Positions 1 through 7,106 of a DNA stretch of 55,812 nucleotides are shown here, piece after piece (positions within the stretch are counted from its first letter, which is position 1; the number at the start of each line of letters is the position of its first letter). The notes beneath the pieces were generated by a model. It ran no database searches and had not been told where the DNA came from. It was given only the letters and a program-made list of their open reading frames with translations. The position numbers were made by a program, and so were the translations under genes. Origin of the DNA: a virus. The stretch is from IMG/VR virus record IMGVR_UViG_3300008997_000047. One strand, 5' to 3'.

Positions 1-119
1 AGGGAGAATCAACTACCCTGGGCTAATCCTCAATCTGCACGGTCTTGGCCCATGAGGGCACGCGTTCAATCCATGAACTCTTGCCGACGGCGCAGACTAC
101 CAGGGGCACAGGACACCTC
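1..119. repeat. Terminal direct repeat, left copy (identical to 55694..55812)
   Basis: Bases 1-119 (agggagaatcaactaccctgg...caggacacctc) recur verbatim as the last 119 bases of the window. Non-redundant unit is 55,693 bp. Confidence 0.95.
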
Positions 120-1345
120 TTCCTGGGCCAGTCCGTCTCGCAGTCGGTGACGACGATGATGACGTGCGGTCGGGGCGTAGACTTGAGGGCGGCCTCAATC
201 CCAACGCGCATGTCCGTTCCACCTCGCCGGTCAATCTCCACGCGGGAAGCATTGGCCACCTTCTGGGCTGCGCCTGCGGACGTGTCGCAGCAGAACACAG
301 TGACAGAAGATCCTACTGCCCGGCAGATACCGTTGATTTCAGACAGCCCGCTCTCCACCATCTGGTTGCTCATGGAGCCGGACGTGTCGAGTACAAGGGC
401 AATCTCAATCTTGGGCTTGTACATAGCAGGGAGGATGATTCCTCCAAGCGCAGACTGCCTACGATTGATCTTCCTGTACGTGTAGTCCTCCGCTCCTGCG
501 CTCATCTCAATGGATGCTCGCACGATACGGGACAGCGTTTGCTGCCACGGGATTGTGGGAGGGGCGAGCGTCTCGTTTGCCCATTCTTGCCACTCGACAG
601 ACACGGAGCCGATGCCATTCTGCTGGACATGCTTCCGAACTTCCTCGGCTACATGCTGGCGGATAGCTTCCAGTTCTCCCTCGCTCATCCCTTGAGCCTC
701 CGGGCTATCCGGGTCGGCGTCCGGGTCAGGTGGCCCAAGCTCCCACTCACGTTCCGGGCCTCCAGCACCGGAACCACAGTCGCAGCCACCGGGCTGGCCC
801 TGTCCTTGACCGTCGCCTTCTCCCGGCTCATCTCCGGGTTGGCCTCCCCCGTCATCACCACCCTCGTCATCCTCGGGCAGGTTGACGTAGTACCACTCTG
901 CCAGTTTCCCCTCGGGCAAACCCAGCTTGTGGGGAAACACACACCAGCCCTGGAGATTCTCTTTCAGCACACGGTCATCATTGATCTCACAGTCACCGGC
1001 CTTGTTCCACCGTTGGTGGTCAGGCTTCATCCCGTTCATCACGGGCAGACGTTTGAAGCGAATGGCATGCCGCCGGAGAATGTGGCCGGCTACTTCATGC
1101 AGCAGGTCAGCAGCGAGCGCATCTAGCGTCTCCGTTGTGAGCATGATGGGGTCGTAGAAGACCCGTCCAAACTCATCACACGCCCAGCCTCCGCTCTTCT
1201 GCCGCAGTCCTGGCACCGGCACCAGGGGAGCAGCATAGAGCGCTCGGGCTACATACGGCATGAGTTGTCGTGCGCGTAAGCGTACAGCAGTGAGAGGGAA
1301 TCCATCCTCTCGTCCGCTGTGGTTTACAGTAGGTCTCGGTTGCAT
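23..1345 (-). CDS. VWA-domain protein with N-terminal HExxH metallopeptidase-like domain (DUF2201-like architecture)
   Basis: 440-aa ORF. HEVAGH (HExxH) motif near the N-terminus, a long D/E/G/P low-complexity linker, and a C-terminal VWA with MIDAS-like IALVLDTSGSM. ATG is preceded by GAGGAAAGAAC. The stop lies inside the terminal repeat. Confidence 0.8.
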   Translation of the reverse strand: MQPRPTVNHSGREDGFPLTAVRLRARQLMPYVARALYAAPLVPVPGLRQKSGGWACDEFGRVFYDPIMLTTETLDALAADLLHEVAGHILRRHAIRFKRLPVMNGMKPDHQRWNKAGDCEINDDRVLKENLQGWCVFPHKLGLPEGKLAEWYYVNLPEDDEGGDDGGGQPGDEPGEGDGQGQGQPGGCDCGSGAGGPEREWELGPPDPDADPDSPEAQGMSEGELEAIRQHVAEEVRKHVQQNGIGSVSVEWQEWANETLAPPTIPWQQTLSRIVRASIEMSAGAEDYTYRKINRRQSALGGIILPAMYKPKIEIALVLDTSGSMSNQMVESGLSEINGICRAVGSSVTVFCCDTSAGAAQKVANASRVEIDRRGGTDMRVGIEAALKSTPRPHVIIVVTDCETDWPRKRCPVPLVVCAVGKSSWIERVPSWAKTVQIED

Positions 1346-1381
1346 TGTTCTTTCCTCATTATCCTACGGGATGTAGGGAAT

Positions 1382-1409
1382 AGCCCACCCCCCATGCGAG
1401 GGATGGGCT
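1382..1409 (-). other. Intergenic stem-loop (AGCCCA...TGGGCT) between the 364-aa gene and the VWA gene; no U tract
   Basis: Inverted repeat read directly. It is followed on the minus strand by TAGGATAAT and GAGGAAAGAACAATG. Confidence 0.3.
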
Positions 1410-1414
1410 GTGCT

Positions 1415-2509
1415 CTACAGCCAGTCGATCCAACCGTTGCCGTCAAGGGCGTTGTACCAGTTGTCGCCCAGCGGACGTATCTTCCACTCTCCAGCGGAGC
1501 GGGTCACGAGCGCCCATGCGAAAACGGATACTACTTTTCCGGCGTTGCTCCTCCGGTTCAACCCAGCGTGGTGTACCTGCACAGGGAAAGACACATCCCC
1601 CTGGGCAGGAATCTCCACGGGTGGAGCGTCGATGATGAACACGCCCTTCACGTCGTCCCTTACGCGAGCGTCCTTCCCCAGCGAGGCGAACGGTTTCCCA
1701 GCAACATGGGTTTGCCAACGCCGCATGGAATGAACGCCTTGACAGAGGTTGTTCTGGAAGTATTGGTGCCATTTTCCTGTACGCTGTTTGATACGTGCTT
1801 GGAAAAGGCTCAATGCTTCCACCTCACTCCTCTTTTTGGGCTGGTTGTTACTCCATGAGCGATTCTCGGAGAGCCCACGAACCCAGCGACGGTACTTCCC
1901 AAAAGCAGGCTTCACGCCACACTTGGCAGCGGTGAGTGCATCCTGCCAGAGCACTTCCTGGGCACCATATAAGCCGTACCCCAAGTCGCTGATAGTTTGC
2001 TCCTGTCCCTTCTCCCAGCATGAATCGAGCGTAGCAACGCAGTCAGCGAACACCGCACGGGGTGGTGTTTCATAGCCAGCGTGCCTCTCTCGTTTCTCCT
2101 TCACCTTGAGCGCAAGCTGCCCCCACGGGCGCAACTCCGTGGGCAACTGGCGGAGGGCATACTTCACGGATATTTTCCGCAGTTCCATACTGCGAGACTC
2201 ATTCCACCGGCCCTTGTTCTTCACGCTTTCATACTGGCGTTCCTCGTTTACCCAGCGTGGAAGCGCGTGCTCCTCTACTGGACGGTCGCAAGGATCTTCT
2301 GCCGTGAGCCAGCGCCACCACCATAGAACTTCATGGCAACGGCAACGCAGGTCAGGATTTAGGGCACGCAGCATCTCCATGCCGGCGTCCGTATCCTCGT
2401 CGTGATCCAGTAGGGTCAGTCGTCCGTGGTTCGTGAGAACGATACGGTGCAGTGAGTTGCAACACCGTACCTTCTCAAGCGCCCGAACGTGGTCCGGGGT
2501 ATGCCTCAT
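1415..2509 (-). CDS. Hypothetical protein, N-terminal Cys/His cluster (possible Zn-binding), between the AAA ATPase and the VWA protein
   Basis: 364-aa ORF. Its ATG overlaps the stop of the upstream ATPase (ATGA). Residues 1-60 carry a CC..H..H..H..CRCH pattern. No family recognised. Confidence 0.7.
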   Translation of the reverse strand: MRHTPDHVRALEKVRCCNSLHRIVLTNHGRLTLLDHDEDTDAGMEMLRALNPDLRCRCHEVLWWWRWLTAEDPCDRPVEEHALPRWVNEERQYESVKNKGRWNESRSMELRKISVKYALRQLPTELRPWGQLALKVKEKRERHAGYETPPRAVFADCVATLDSCWEKGQEQTISDLGYGLYGAQEVLWQDALTAAKCGVKPAFGKYRRWVRGLSENRSWSNNQPKKRSEVEALSLFQARIKQRTGKWHQYFQNNLCQGVHSMRRWQTHVAGKPFASLGKDARVRDDVKGVFIIDAPPVEIPAQGDVSFPVQVHHAGLNRRSNAGKVVSVFAWALVTRSAGEWKIRPLGDNWYNALDGNGWIDWL

Positions 2510-3708
2510 GCAGCACCTCCCGCCGATGCGTCAGGACTCATGCCGACCATGCGGAAGATATTCATGACGCTGGCCATCCCCTTGGGCAGAGCCTTCAACG
2601 CGCCCTGAATGTAGAAGGGATTCGGCGAGCCATCACCCAGCTTGGGGGATGCCTGCATGCAGACCTTCTCCGCCCCGGGCAAGGCGTAGTCCACCATGCC
2701 AGCAGCATCGGATGCAGCGTACAGATTCCAGAACTGCTGCCACCGTTGAACCGTCGGCTCCTCTCGGAGCTTCACGCTCGCAGCCTCGAACAGCAGGAAG
2801 CACACATCACCACGCTGGGGGATAGGCCCGGCGTGTGCCAAGCACAGATCCACGTCAGCCAAGTCACGCAGCTTGCGGAACTCCATGAGCGCAAGCCCGT
2901 TGCCCTTGCCGACGAGACCTGACAAGCACATCTCCATCACCTCGAACGGAGCATGCACGGATTCACATGCAGCCAGCACGCGTTCCACCCATGTCCAGGT
3001 GCGAGGGCAGGCGACCGGTGTATTGACGCAGCGGATATCCTGGTCATCCTCGTAGGCTTCCGGGTTGGAGGACAAGAAGGCGTCCACCAATCCAGCAGCA
3101 GCAGGGATGTGAGACTCCCAATCGTCAGGGAGAATCAGAAGCTCGGGGTCAGGGAATCCCTGCGCCTTGCTTCTACGCCAGAAGTCCAGCGGCAAACGCC
3201 ACCGACGCTCGGACTCGAACCCCAACCACAGATACCGTGAGGCAGTGGGAGGCATGATGTCCGTGGCATTGGGCGCGATGTCCGGAGGATTCATCGCAGC
3301 GATGAACCGTGTCTCCGAGGGCAGACGCACATCTCCCACCAGCTTTGACTGGATGACCGTGAGCATAGCAGCACGCACCAGCGGAGAGCAGGTGTTTAGC
3401 TCGTCAAAGAAGATGACGGGAATCTGCCCGCGTCCAGCAGCAGCGATAGCTTCCCGGAACACATGACCGGGCAGCTTGACTACAGTTTGCTCGCCCGTGT
3501 CCGGGTCAGTGACAAGCACAGGCATTCCAAAGTCTGTGCCAGGGTCACACTGTGTGCCGATGATTGTCCCACAGAAATGGTAGCCGAGTGAACGACACAT
3601 TCCTTCTGCGATTTCGGTTTTCCCTACGCCGGCAGGGCCGACGAGGAGCGTAGCAATACCAGCTTGAAGACTCAAGCCAGCAGCCAGTCCCATATTGAAC
3701 AGTTGCAT
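2506..3708 (-). CDS. MoxR/CobS-like AAA+ ATPase (AAA_5-type)
   Basis: 400-aa ORF. Walker A GPAGVGKT, Walker B VIFFDELN, single AAA module plus a C-terminal extension. RBS GGAAAGGAAAAAACCAAAATG. Confidence 0.8.
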   Translation of the reverse strand: MQLFNMGLAAGLSLQAGIATLLVGPAGVGKTEIAEGMCRSLGYHFCGTIIGTQCDPGTDFGMPVLVTDPDTGEQTVVKLPGHVFREAIAAAGRGQIPVIFFDELNTCSPLVRAAMLTVIQSKLVGDVRLPSETRFIAAMNPPDIAPNATDIMPPTASRYLWLGFESERRWRLPLDFWRRSKAQGFPDPELLILPDDWESHIPAAAGLVDAFLSSNPEAYEDDQDIRCVNTPVACPRTWTWVERVLAACESVHAPFEVMEMCLSGLVGKGNGLALMEFRKLRDLADVDLCLAHAGPIPQRGDVCFLLFEAASVKLREEPTVQRWQQFWNLYAASDAAGMVDYALPGAEKVCMQASPKLGDGSPNPFYIQGALKALPKGMASVMNIFRMVGMSPDASAGGAA

Positions 3709-3754
3709 TTTGGTTTTTTCCTTTCCGTCAACGGCATTGTCGAACGGCCAGAGC

Positions 3755-3776
3755 CCACACGCCGTGAAGCGTGTGG
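3755..3776 (-). terminator. Stem-loop CCACACGC-N6-GCGTGTGG downstream of 3794..4042
   Basis: Perfect 8-bp inverted repeat read directly. No clear U tract, so terminator function is uncertain. Confidence 0.35.
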
Positions 3777-3793
3777 ACTGTAGCTATGGACAA

Positions 3794-4042
3794 TCAACCT
3801 TGTGCTGCGTAGCAGATGTGCCCCATCTCACGGGCAGCCATTGCAATCCTCTTCTCAGAAGAGAGCGTCTTCCACCAGACTGGATTGATCCAGACACGCC
3901 GATGCCCATCGGTCAGCATCCCGTAGGCAGACGGGGAACCCTCGTGGAAAGTGATGCTCTCCAATACTCCCGTTGGGATGGGGCCTGGAAACGCTTTCCG
4001 TGCGGCAGCGTTCGTCGCCAGTCGTTCATATGCTGTCAGCAT
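3794..4042 (-). CDS. Hypothetical small protein
   Basis: ORF track gives 3794..4045. The ATG at 4042 overlaps the upstream stop (TGATG) and follows GGAGGTG. Confidence 0.6.
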   Translation of the reverse strand: MLTAYERLATNAAARKAFPGPIPTGVLESITFHEGSPSAYGMLTDGHRRVWINPVWWKTLSSEKRIAMAAREMGHICYAAQG

Positions 4043-4329
4043 CACACACCTCCTTGGGCAGGGAGAGCGTTGTCCAGGAAATCCCGTAGCTCCAGGAGGG
4101 GATCGTCCTGGTCAAGATAGGCGTCCATGCTTTCCACTGTGATGTAGTGGACGTATTCAAAGAAGCCTTCCACACGGACGTACTCATCGCGGCACCACTT
4201 CACACGGTAGAGGTAGAAGAACAGACCACGAATCCAGTTGGGTCCAAAGTCCTTTCCAGGAATTTCATCCTGGTCTTCCACGTCATAGCCTGGAGCAACA
4301 CGCAACAGGTAGAGAATAGAGCGCAGCAT
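4042..4329 (-). CDS. Hypothetical small protein
   Basis: ORF track gives 4042..4332. ATG at 4329 after GGAGGTGTGTG. Coupled to both neighbours. Confidence 0.6.
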   Translation of the reverse strand: MLRSILYLLRVAPGYDVEDQDEIPGKDFGPNWIRGLFFYLYRVKWCRDEYVRVEGFFEYVHYITVESMDAYLDQDDPLLELRDFLDNALPAQGGV

Positions 4330-4442
4330 CACACACCTCCCTGGGCCAGCGCCACGAGAGCACTGCTGAATAGTTCAAGAAAAACCAGGAGCGCACAGCA
4401 CCCCATGGCAGCGTCAGCGATATCGAATCCTCGATTGTTCAT
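4329..4442 (-). CDS. Hypothetical 37-aa hydrophobic peptide (MNNRGFDIADAAMGCCALLVFLELFSSALVALAQGGV)
   Basis: Below the ORF-track cutoff; translated by hand. ATGA overlap with the upstream gene and TGATG overlap with the downstream gene fill the gap exactly. One hydrophobic stretch. Confidence 0.45.
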   Translation of the reverse strand: MNNRGFDIADAAMGCCALLVFLELFSSALVALAQGGV

Positions 4443-4696
4443 CCTTCACCTCCCATTTCCCTGATTACCCAGCCTGTCTCCGGGCTCCATTCCCTCACAG
4501 TTTTGGAGAATGCGTGGTGGTGAACCCAGTATTTTTCCATGTCGGAGAGCAAGACGTGCTTGGTTGCTCCTGTTTGGTTGTTGGTCAGCAGGAAGCGCGG
4601 CTCGTTGTCGAGGCTGGTGCCACTGATTGTCCACGTTAGCTTTCGGCTGCTAATGTTTCGGACAACATCACCGATCCCGTAGTCGTGGGTGGTCAC
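4439..4696 (-). CDS. Hypothetical small protein
   Basis: 85-aa ORF. GTG start overlaps the upstream stop (GTGA) and follows GGGAGGTGACAA. Confidence 0.6.
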   Translation of the reverse strand: MTTHDYGIGDVVRNISSRKLTWTISGTSLDNEPRFLLTNNQTGATKHVLLSDMEKYWVHHHAFSKTVREWSPETGWVIREMGGEG

Positions 4697-4929
4697 TTGT
4701 CACCTCCCTGGGCAGCGTCAATCTCCTCATCCCAGCAGTCGTCACAGGCTATGGCGTCTGCCCGTCCTGGACTGTAGAAGAACCCGAGGTCACACACCTC
4801 ACAGGTTGCGTCGGTAGCGGGGTAGTCAAACTCCGCATCTTGCTTTGCCTGCGCTGGTGTGCGCTCATCGGGCAGGTAGCCCGCGTAGTAGAACGAACCG
4901 GGGTATCCGTGGTTGTAGGGGAGACTCAT
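4693..4929 (-). CDS. Hypothetical small protein with CxxC...CxxC (possible zinc ribbon)
   Basis: 78-aa ORF. CEVC and CDDC pairs are 18 residues apart. ATGA overlap with the upstream gene. Confidence 0.6.
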   Translation of the reverse strand: MSLPYNHGYPGSFYYAGYLPDERTPAQAKQDAEFDYPATDATCEVCDLGFFYSPGRADAIACDDCWDEEIDAAQGGDK

Positions 4930-5138
4930 GGCAAGTCCATCCTTTCCCGGGCCAGCACAGGAGCGACAGGCTCCGGCTCCTCGGGCGTGGCAGCTTCAGC
5001 GAAACGAGTGTGGCTGAAGTTAGGATTGTGGTTGCGACACATCACACCGAACGCATGCACGAGGTGTTCTCGTACAGGCGTCGGCATCTCCGTGTCGTGC
5101 AGAATCTCTGCGATATCTTTGAAGTGCATTCGGGTCAT
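4926..5138 (-). CDS. Hypothetical small protein
   Basis: ORF is open to 5180, but the ATG at 5138 follows GGAAAGGAAAGAACC (strong RBS). Confidence 0.55.
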   Translation of the reverse strand: MTRMHFKDIAEILHDTEMPTPVREHLVHAFGVMCRNHNPNFSHTRFAEAATPEEPEPVAPVLARERMDLP

Positions 5139-5151
5139 GGTTCTTTCCTTT

Positions 5152-5169
5152 CCGTCTGTAGTAGAACGG
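5152..5169 (-). promoter_or_regulatory. GTTCTACT box A (imperfect palindrome CCGTTCTACTACAGACGG on minus strand)
   Basis: Lies between hairpin 5176..5203 and the RBS of 4926..5138. The 8-mer AGTAGAAC (plus strand) recurs at 5801 and 6203. Confidence 0.4.
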
Positions 5170-5175
5170 GAGAAA

Positions 5176-5203
5176 CGCACAGCCCCCCACCCTGGGCTGT
5201 GCG
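5176..5203 (-). terminator. Intrinsic-terminator-like hairpin after 5218..5601
   Basis: 10-bp stem CGCACAGCCC/GGGCTGTGCG with an 8-nt loop, followed on the minus strand by TTTCTCCC. Confidence 0.5.
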
Positions 5204-5217
5204 CTGCGCTCGTCCGG

Positions 5218-5601
5218 CTACCTGCGTTCGAACGCTACAGCGTCGATGCAGTCCTGTACCAGTGAACCAACGTCAGCCCACGAGAGGCCAGCGTCCGCAG
5301 CGCACGCTTTCATCTGGTCTACGGATTCCGGCGCGAACACTTGCGACAGCGTCTCGTGTTCCAGCAGCCGCCGGGCCAGTCGGCGGGCAGCACGTTCGTT
5401 ACACTGTGTGGAGCGGTCAACGTGCAGCCCGGTGGCAGCGTGAGAGACACGCCAGCCAGCGTGGCGATTGTTGTTGGGACCGTCGCCAGCCTCATTGACA
5501 GGGCGATGGACTACCAGTGGTCCCAGCGCAGCGCATGGCATGGTGATTCGCCCATCTTGCAGCGAGATTTCAAAGGACGCACGATTATTGAAGCGTGTCA
5601 T
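5218..5601 (-). CDS. Hypothetical protein
   Basis: 127-aa ORF. ATGA overlap with the upstream 51-aa ORF. Confidence 0.65.
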   Translation of the reverse strand: MTRFNNRASFEISLQDGRITMPCAALGPLVVHRPVNEAGDGPNNNRHAGWRVSHAATGLHVDRSTQCNERAARRLARRLLEHETLSQVFAPESVDQMKACAADAGLSWADVGSLVQDCIDAVAFERR

Positions 5602-5753
5602 GACACCACCTCGGGCTCATCGGCAGCGCCATCGCTGTCACTGTCAAGCGCAGCGTGATTCGGCTCGCCGTCGGCCACATCCTTGTAGCCCATGTTTACC
5701 AGCGTCATGTAGTCCACGCAGTCGAGGATCTCTCCGATTCTTTCGTTGTACAT
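5598..5753 (-). CDS. Hypothetical 51-aa acidic protein (MYNERIGEILDCVDYMTLVNMGYKDVADGEPNHAALDSDSDGAADEPEVVS)
   Basis: Below the ORF-track cutoff; translated by hand. ATG follows AAAGGAAAGAAGCACA. The stop overlaps the next ATG. Confidence 0.5.
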   Translation of the reverse strand: MYNERIGEILDCVDYMTLVNMGYKDVADGEPNHAALDSDSDGAADEPEVVS

Positions 5754-5791
5754 TGTGCTTCTTTCCTTTGCTCCCTATCCAGGAGCGGTAT

Positions 5792-5809
5792 CGTTCTGGT
5801 AGTAGAACG
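5792..5809 (-). promoter_or_regulatory. GTTCTACT box B (perfect palindrome CGTTCT-N6-AGAACG)
   Basis: Read directly. It sits immediately after hairpin 5813..5845 and upstream of the RBS of 5598..5753. Confidence 0.4.
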
Positions 5810-5812
5810 AAA

Positions 5813-5845
5813 GCAGCGCATACAGGCTAAGCCCGTATGCCCTGC
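5813..5845 (-). terminator. Intrinsic-terminator-like hairpin after 5856..6128
   Basis: Stem of about 14 bp (GCATACAGGC/GCCCGTATGC core, one mismatch) with a 3-nt loop, followed on the minus strand by TTTCGTTCT. Confidence 0.45.
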
Positions 5846-5855
5846 GCTCGGTCGG

Positions 5856-6128
5856 CTACACACCCGTGAGAGATTCAACGTGTCGCTCTACCAGGAGCAT
5901 GGCGCGGGCGGATACCTCACACCGCAGGAGGCCAGCAGCATTCCGCAGGCCACCGCCATAGATTGATTCCCGGTACTGTTCCCGCATTCTACGGGCATAC
6001 CAAAGGAGCGCGTCCGTATCGGTGACGAGGCAAGCGATTGTCTTGTCAGCTTCCGCAGTCGCCAGCACTTGCAACTGCTCGTGCGTGTACTGGCCCTTGT
6101 TGTCGTCGCAGTCTCTCAAATGGTACAT
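5856..6128 (-). CDS. Hypothetical protein
   Basis: 90-aa ORF. ATG follows AAAGGAAAGAAGC. Confidence 0.6.
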   Translation of the reverse strand: MYHLRDCDDNKGQYTHEQLQVLATAEADKTIACLVTDTDALLWYARRMREQYRESIYGGGLRNAAGLLRCEVSARAMLLVERHVESLTGV

Positions 6129-6187
6129 GCTTCTTTCCTTTGGGCTATCCGGCCCGTGTGAACGGCAGCGGGGATGCTACCGTAGCT

Positions 6188-6211
6188 CTACTATCACATG
6201 TCAGTAGAACC
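6188..6211 (-). promoter_or_regulatory. GTTCTACT box C (palindrome TCTACT-N10-AGTAGA)
   Basis: Read directly, about 60 nt upstream (minus sense) of the 5856..6128 start. Confidence 0.35.
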
Positions 6212-6222
6212 ATGGCAACCCA

Positions 6223-6340
6223 GGCAGCGCGATAGCTGCGTGGATTGTCATCGCCCGACTGCCATTGACGGCAGCGCGAATAGAACGAGAGAGAATCTTG
6301 TGAGCGGCAGCGGCAGCGCGATAGCAGCGGCAGCGCGGGT
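6223..6340. repeat. Four GGCAGCGCG(A)ATAG-type iterons
   Basis: GGCAGCGCG occurs at 6223, 6270, 6312 and 6329; three copies continue as (A)ATAG. They lie in a 290-bp non-coding gap. Confidence 0.6.
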
Positions 6341-6388
6341 TGCGCTCGTGTCCGGAGCCATGTGGCAGACTACGTGAAACGCGAAAGG

Positions 6389-6412
6389 GCCCCCCCAGTT
6401 TCCCGGGGGGGC
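6389..6412 (-). terminator. Hairpin GCCCCCCC-N8-GGGGGGGC immediately after the stop of 6420..7106
   Basis: 8-bp G/C stem read directly. It is flanked by T/C-rich runs on both strands (TTTCTTTCT on plus, CCTTTCGCGTTTC on minus). Confidence 0.6.
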
Positions 6413-6419
6413 TTTCTTT

Positions 6420-7106
6420 CTACTTGGCTGCTGCCGCAATCGCTTCTGGGGGAAGCCCCAAGCACTCCGCGATCTCATCGATTGAGAGGGTTTCGCGGTA
6501 CTTGGCGATCATCGTCTCCAGGGCGCTCTTAGCGCGTCCCTTCTCTTGGTTGGCCTTCTCCGCTGCCGTGATCTTCAGACAGTCTCGGAAAGGCGATCCC
6601 GCTGTATCCATCCAGCGATCCAAGCGCTGTGTAGACACCCGGAACGCTCCGATCCGGGCTACCTCCAGGCCGCCGACCTTGACCCGGAAAACCGCGCCGT
6701 CGCGTTCTACCCGGCAACCGTCCGCCACGTATTCCAGCCTGGCGGGAGCGATTCCCTTGCCCTTGCTGGAGACCCGCGCGTCTTGCCAGCCCGTAGCGGG
6801 CTGGTCTGCCTTGCTCGTGTCGCCAGTGGGCGAGTAGAGCGAGAGGTACGCGGGAGACTCCAGGCTGTGTCGGCTGCAGTAGCCCTCTACCGCCTGGGCT
6901 TCTGTAGTGCTCACGGGAGACCCGTAAAACACTCGGAGAGACCAGCCGTCCCCAGATAGGGCCAGCGTCCCGCCTTTGTGTCCGGCGTCAATCTCGCGAC
7001 TAACGGCGGCTACCAGATGGTCACTGCCACGGATCGCCAGGGGAGTGAGGAACCGTGCTCCTGTGAGAGCGGCTACCTTGCGTGCTGTTTCTTGCTTCTT
7101 GTTCAT
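6420..7106 (-). CDS. Hypothetical protein with C-terminal HTH-like segment (putative DNA-binding regulator); first gene of the leftward block
   Basis: ORF is open to 7172. The ATG at 7106 follows GGCAAGGAAGAAGCG. The C-terminus LSIDEIAECLGLPPEAI resembles a helix-turn-helix. Confidence 0.5.
   Translation of the reverse strand: MNKKQETARKVAALTGARFLTPLAIRGSDHLVAAVSREIDAGHKGGTLALSGDGWSLRVFYGSPVSTTEAQAVEGYCSRHSLESPAYLSLYSPTGDTSKADQPATGWQDARVSSKGKGIAPARLEYVADGCRVERDGAVFRVKVGGLEVARIGAFRVSTQRLDRWMDTAGSPFRDCLKITAAEKANQEKGRAKSALETMIAKYRETLSIDEIAECLGLPPEAIAAAAK

Noticed and set aside
164-1126. 320-aa plus-strand ORF antisense to the VWA gene. Similar long antisense ORFs occur at 22281..23216, 24307..25449, 29268..30443, 42386..43348, 46652..47566, 47808..48692 and 54897..55748.
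   Set aside because: They are Arg/Gly/Pro/Ser-rich shadow ORFs typical of GC-rich DNA. None has an RBS, and each lies fully inside an opposite-strand gene that has clear motifs or operon context.
6248-6478. 76-aa minus-strand ORF across the iteron region.
   Set aside because: It overlaps the 3' end of 6420..7106 and runs through the G/C terminator hairpin and the repeats. Its composition is not protein-like.
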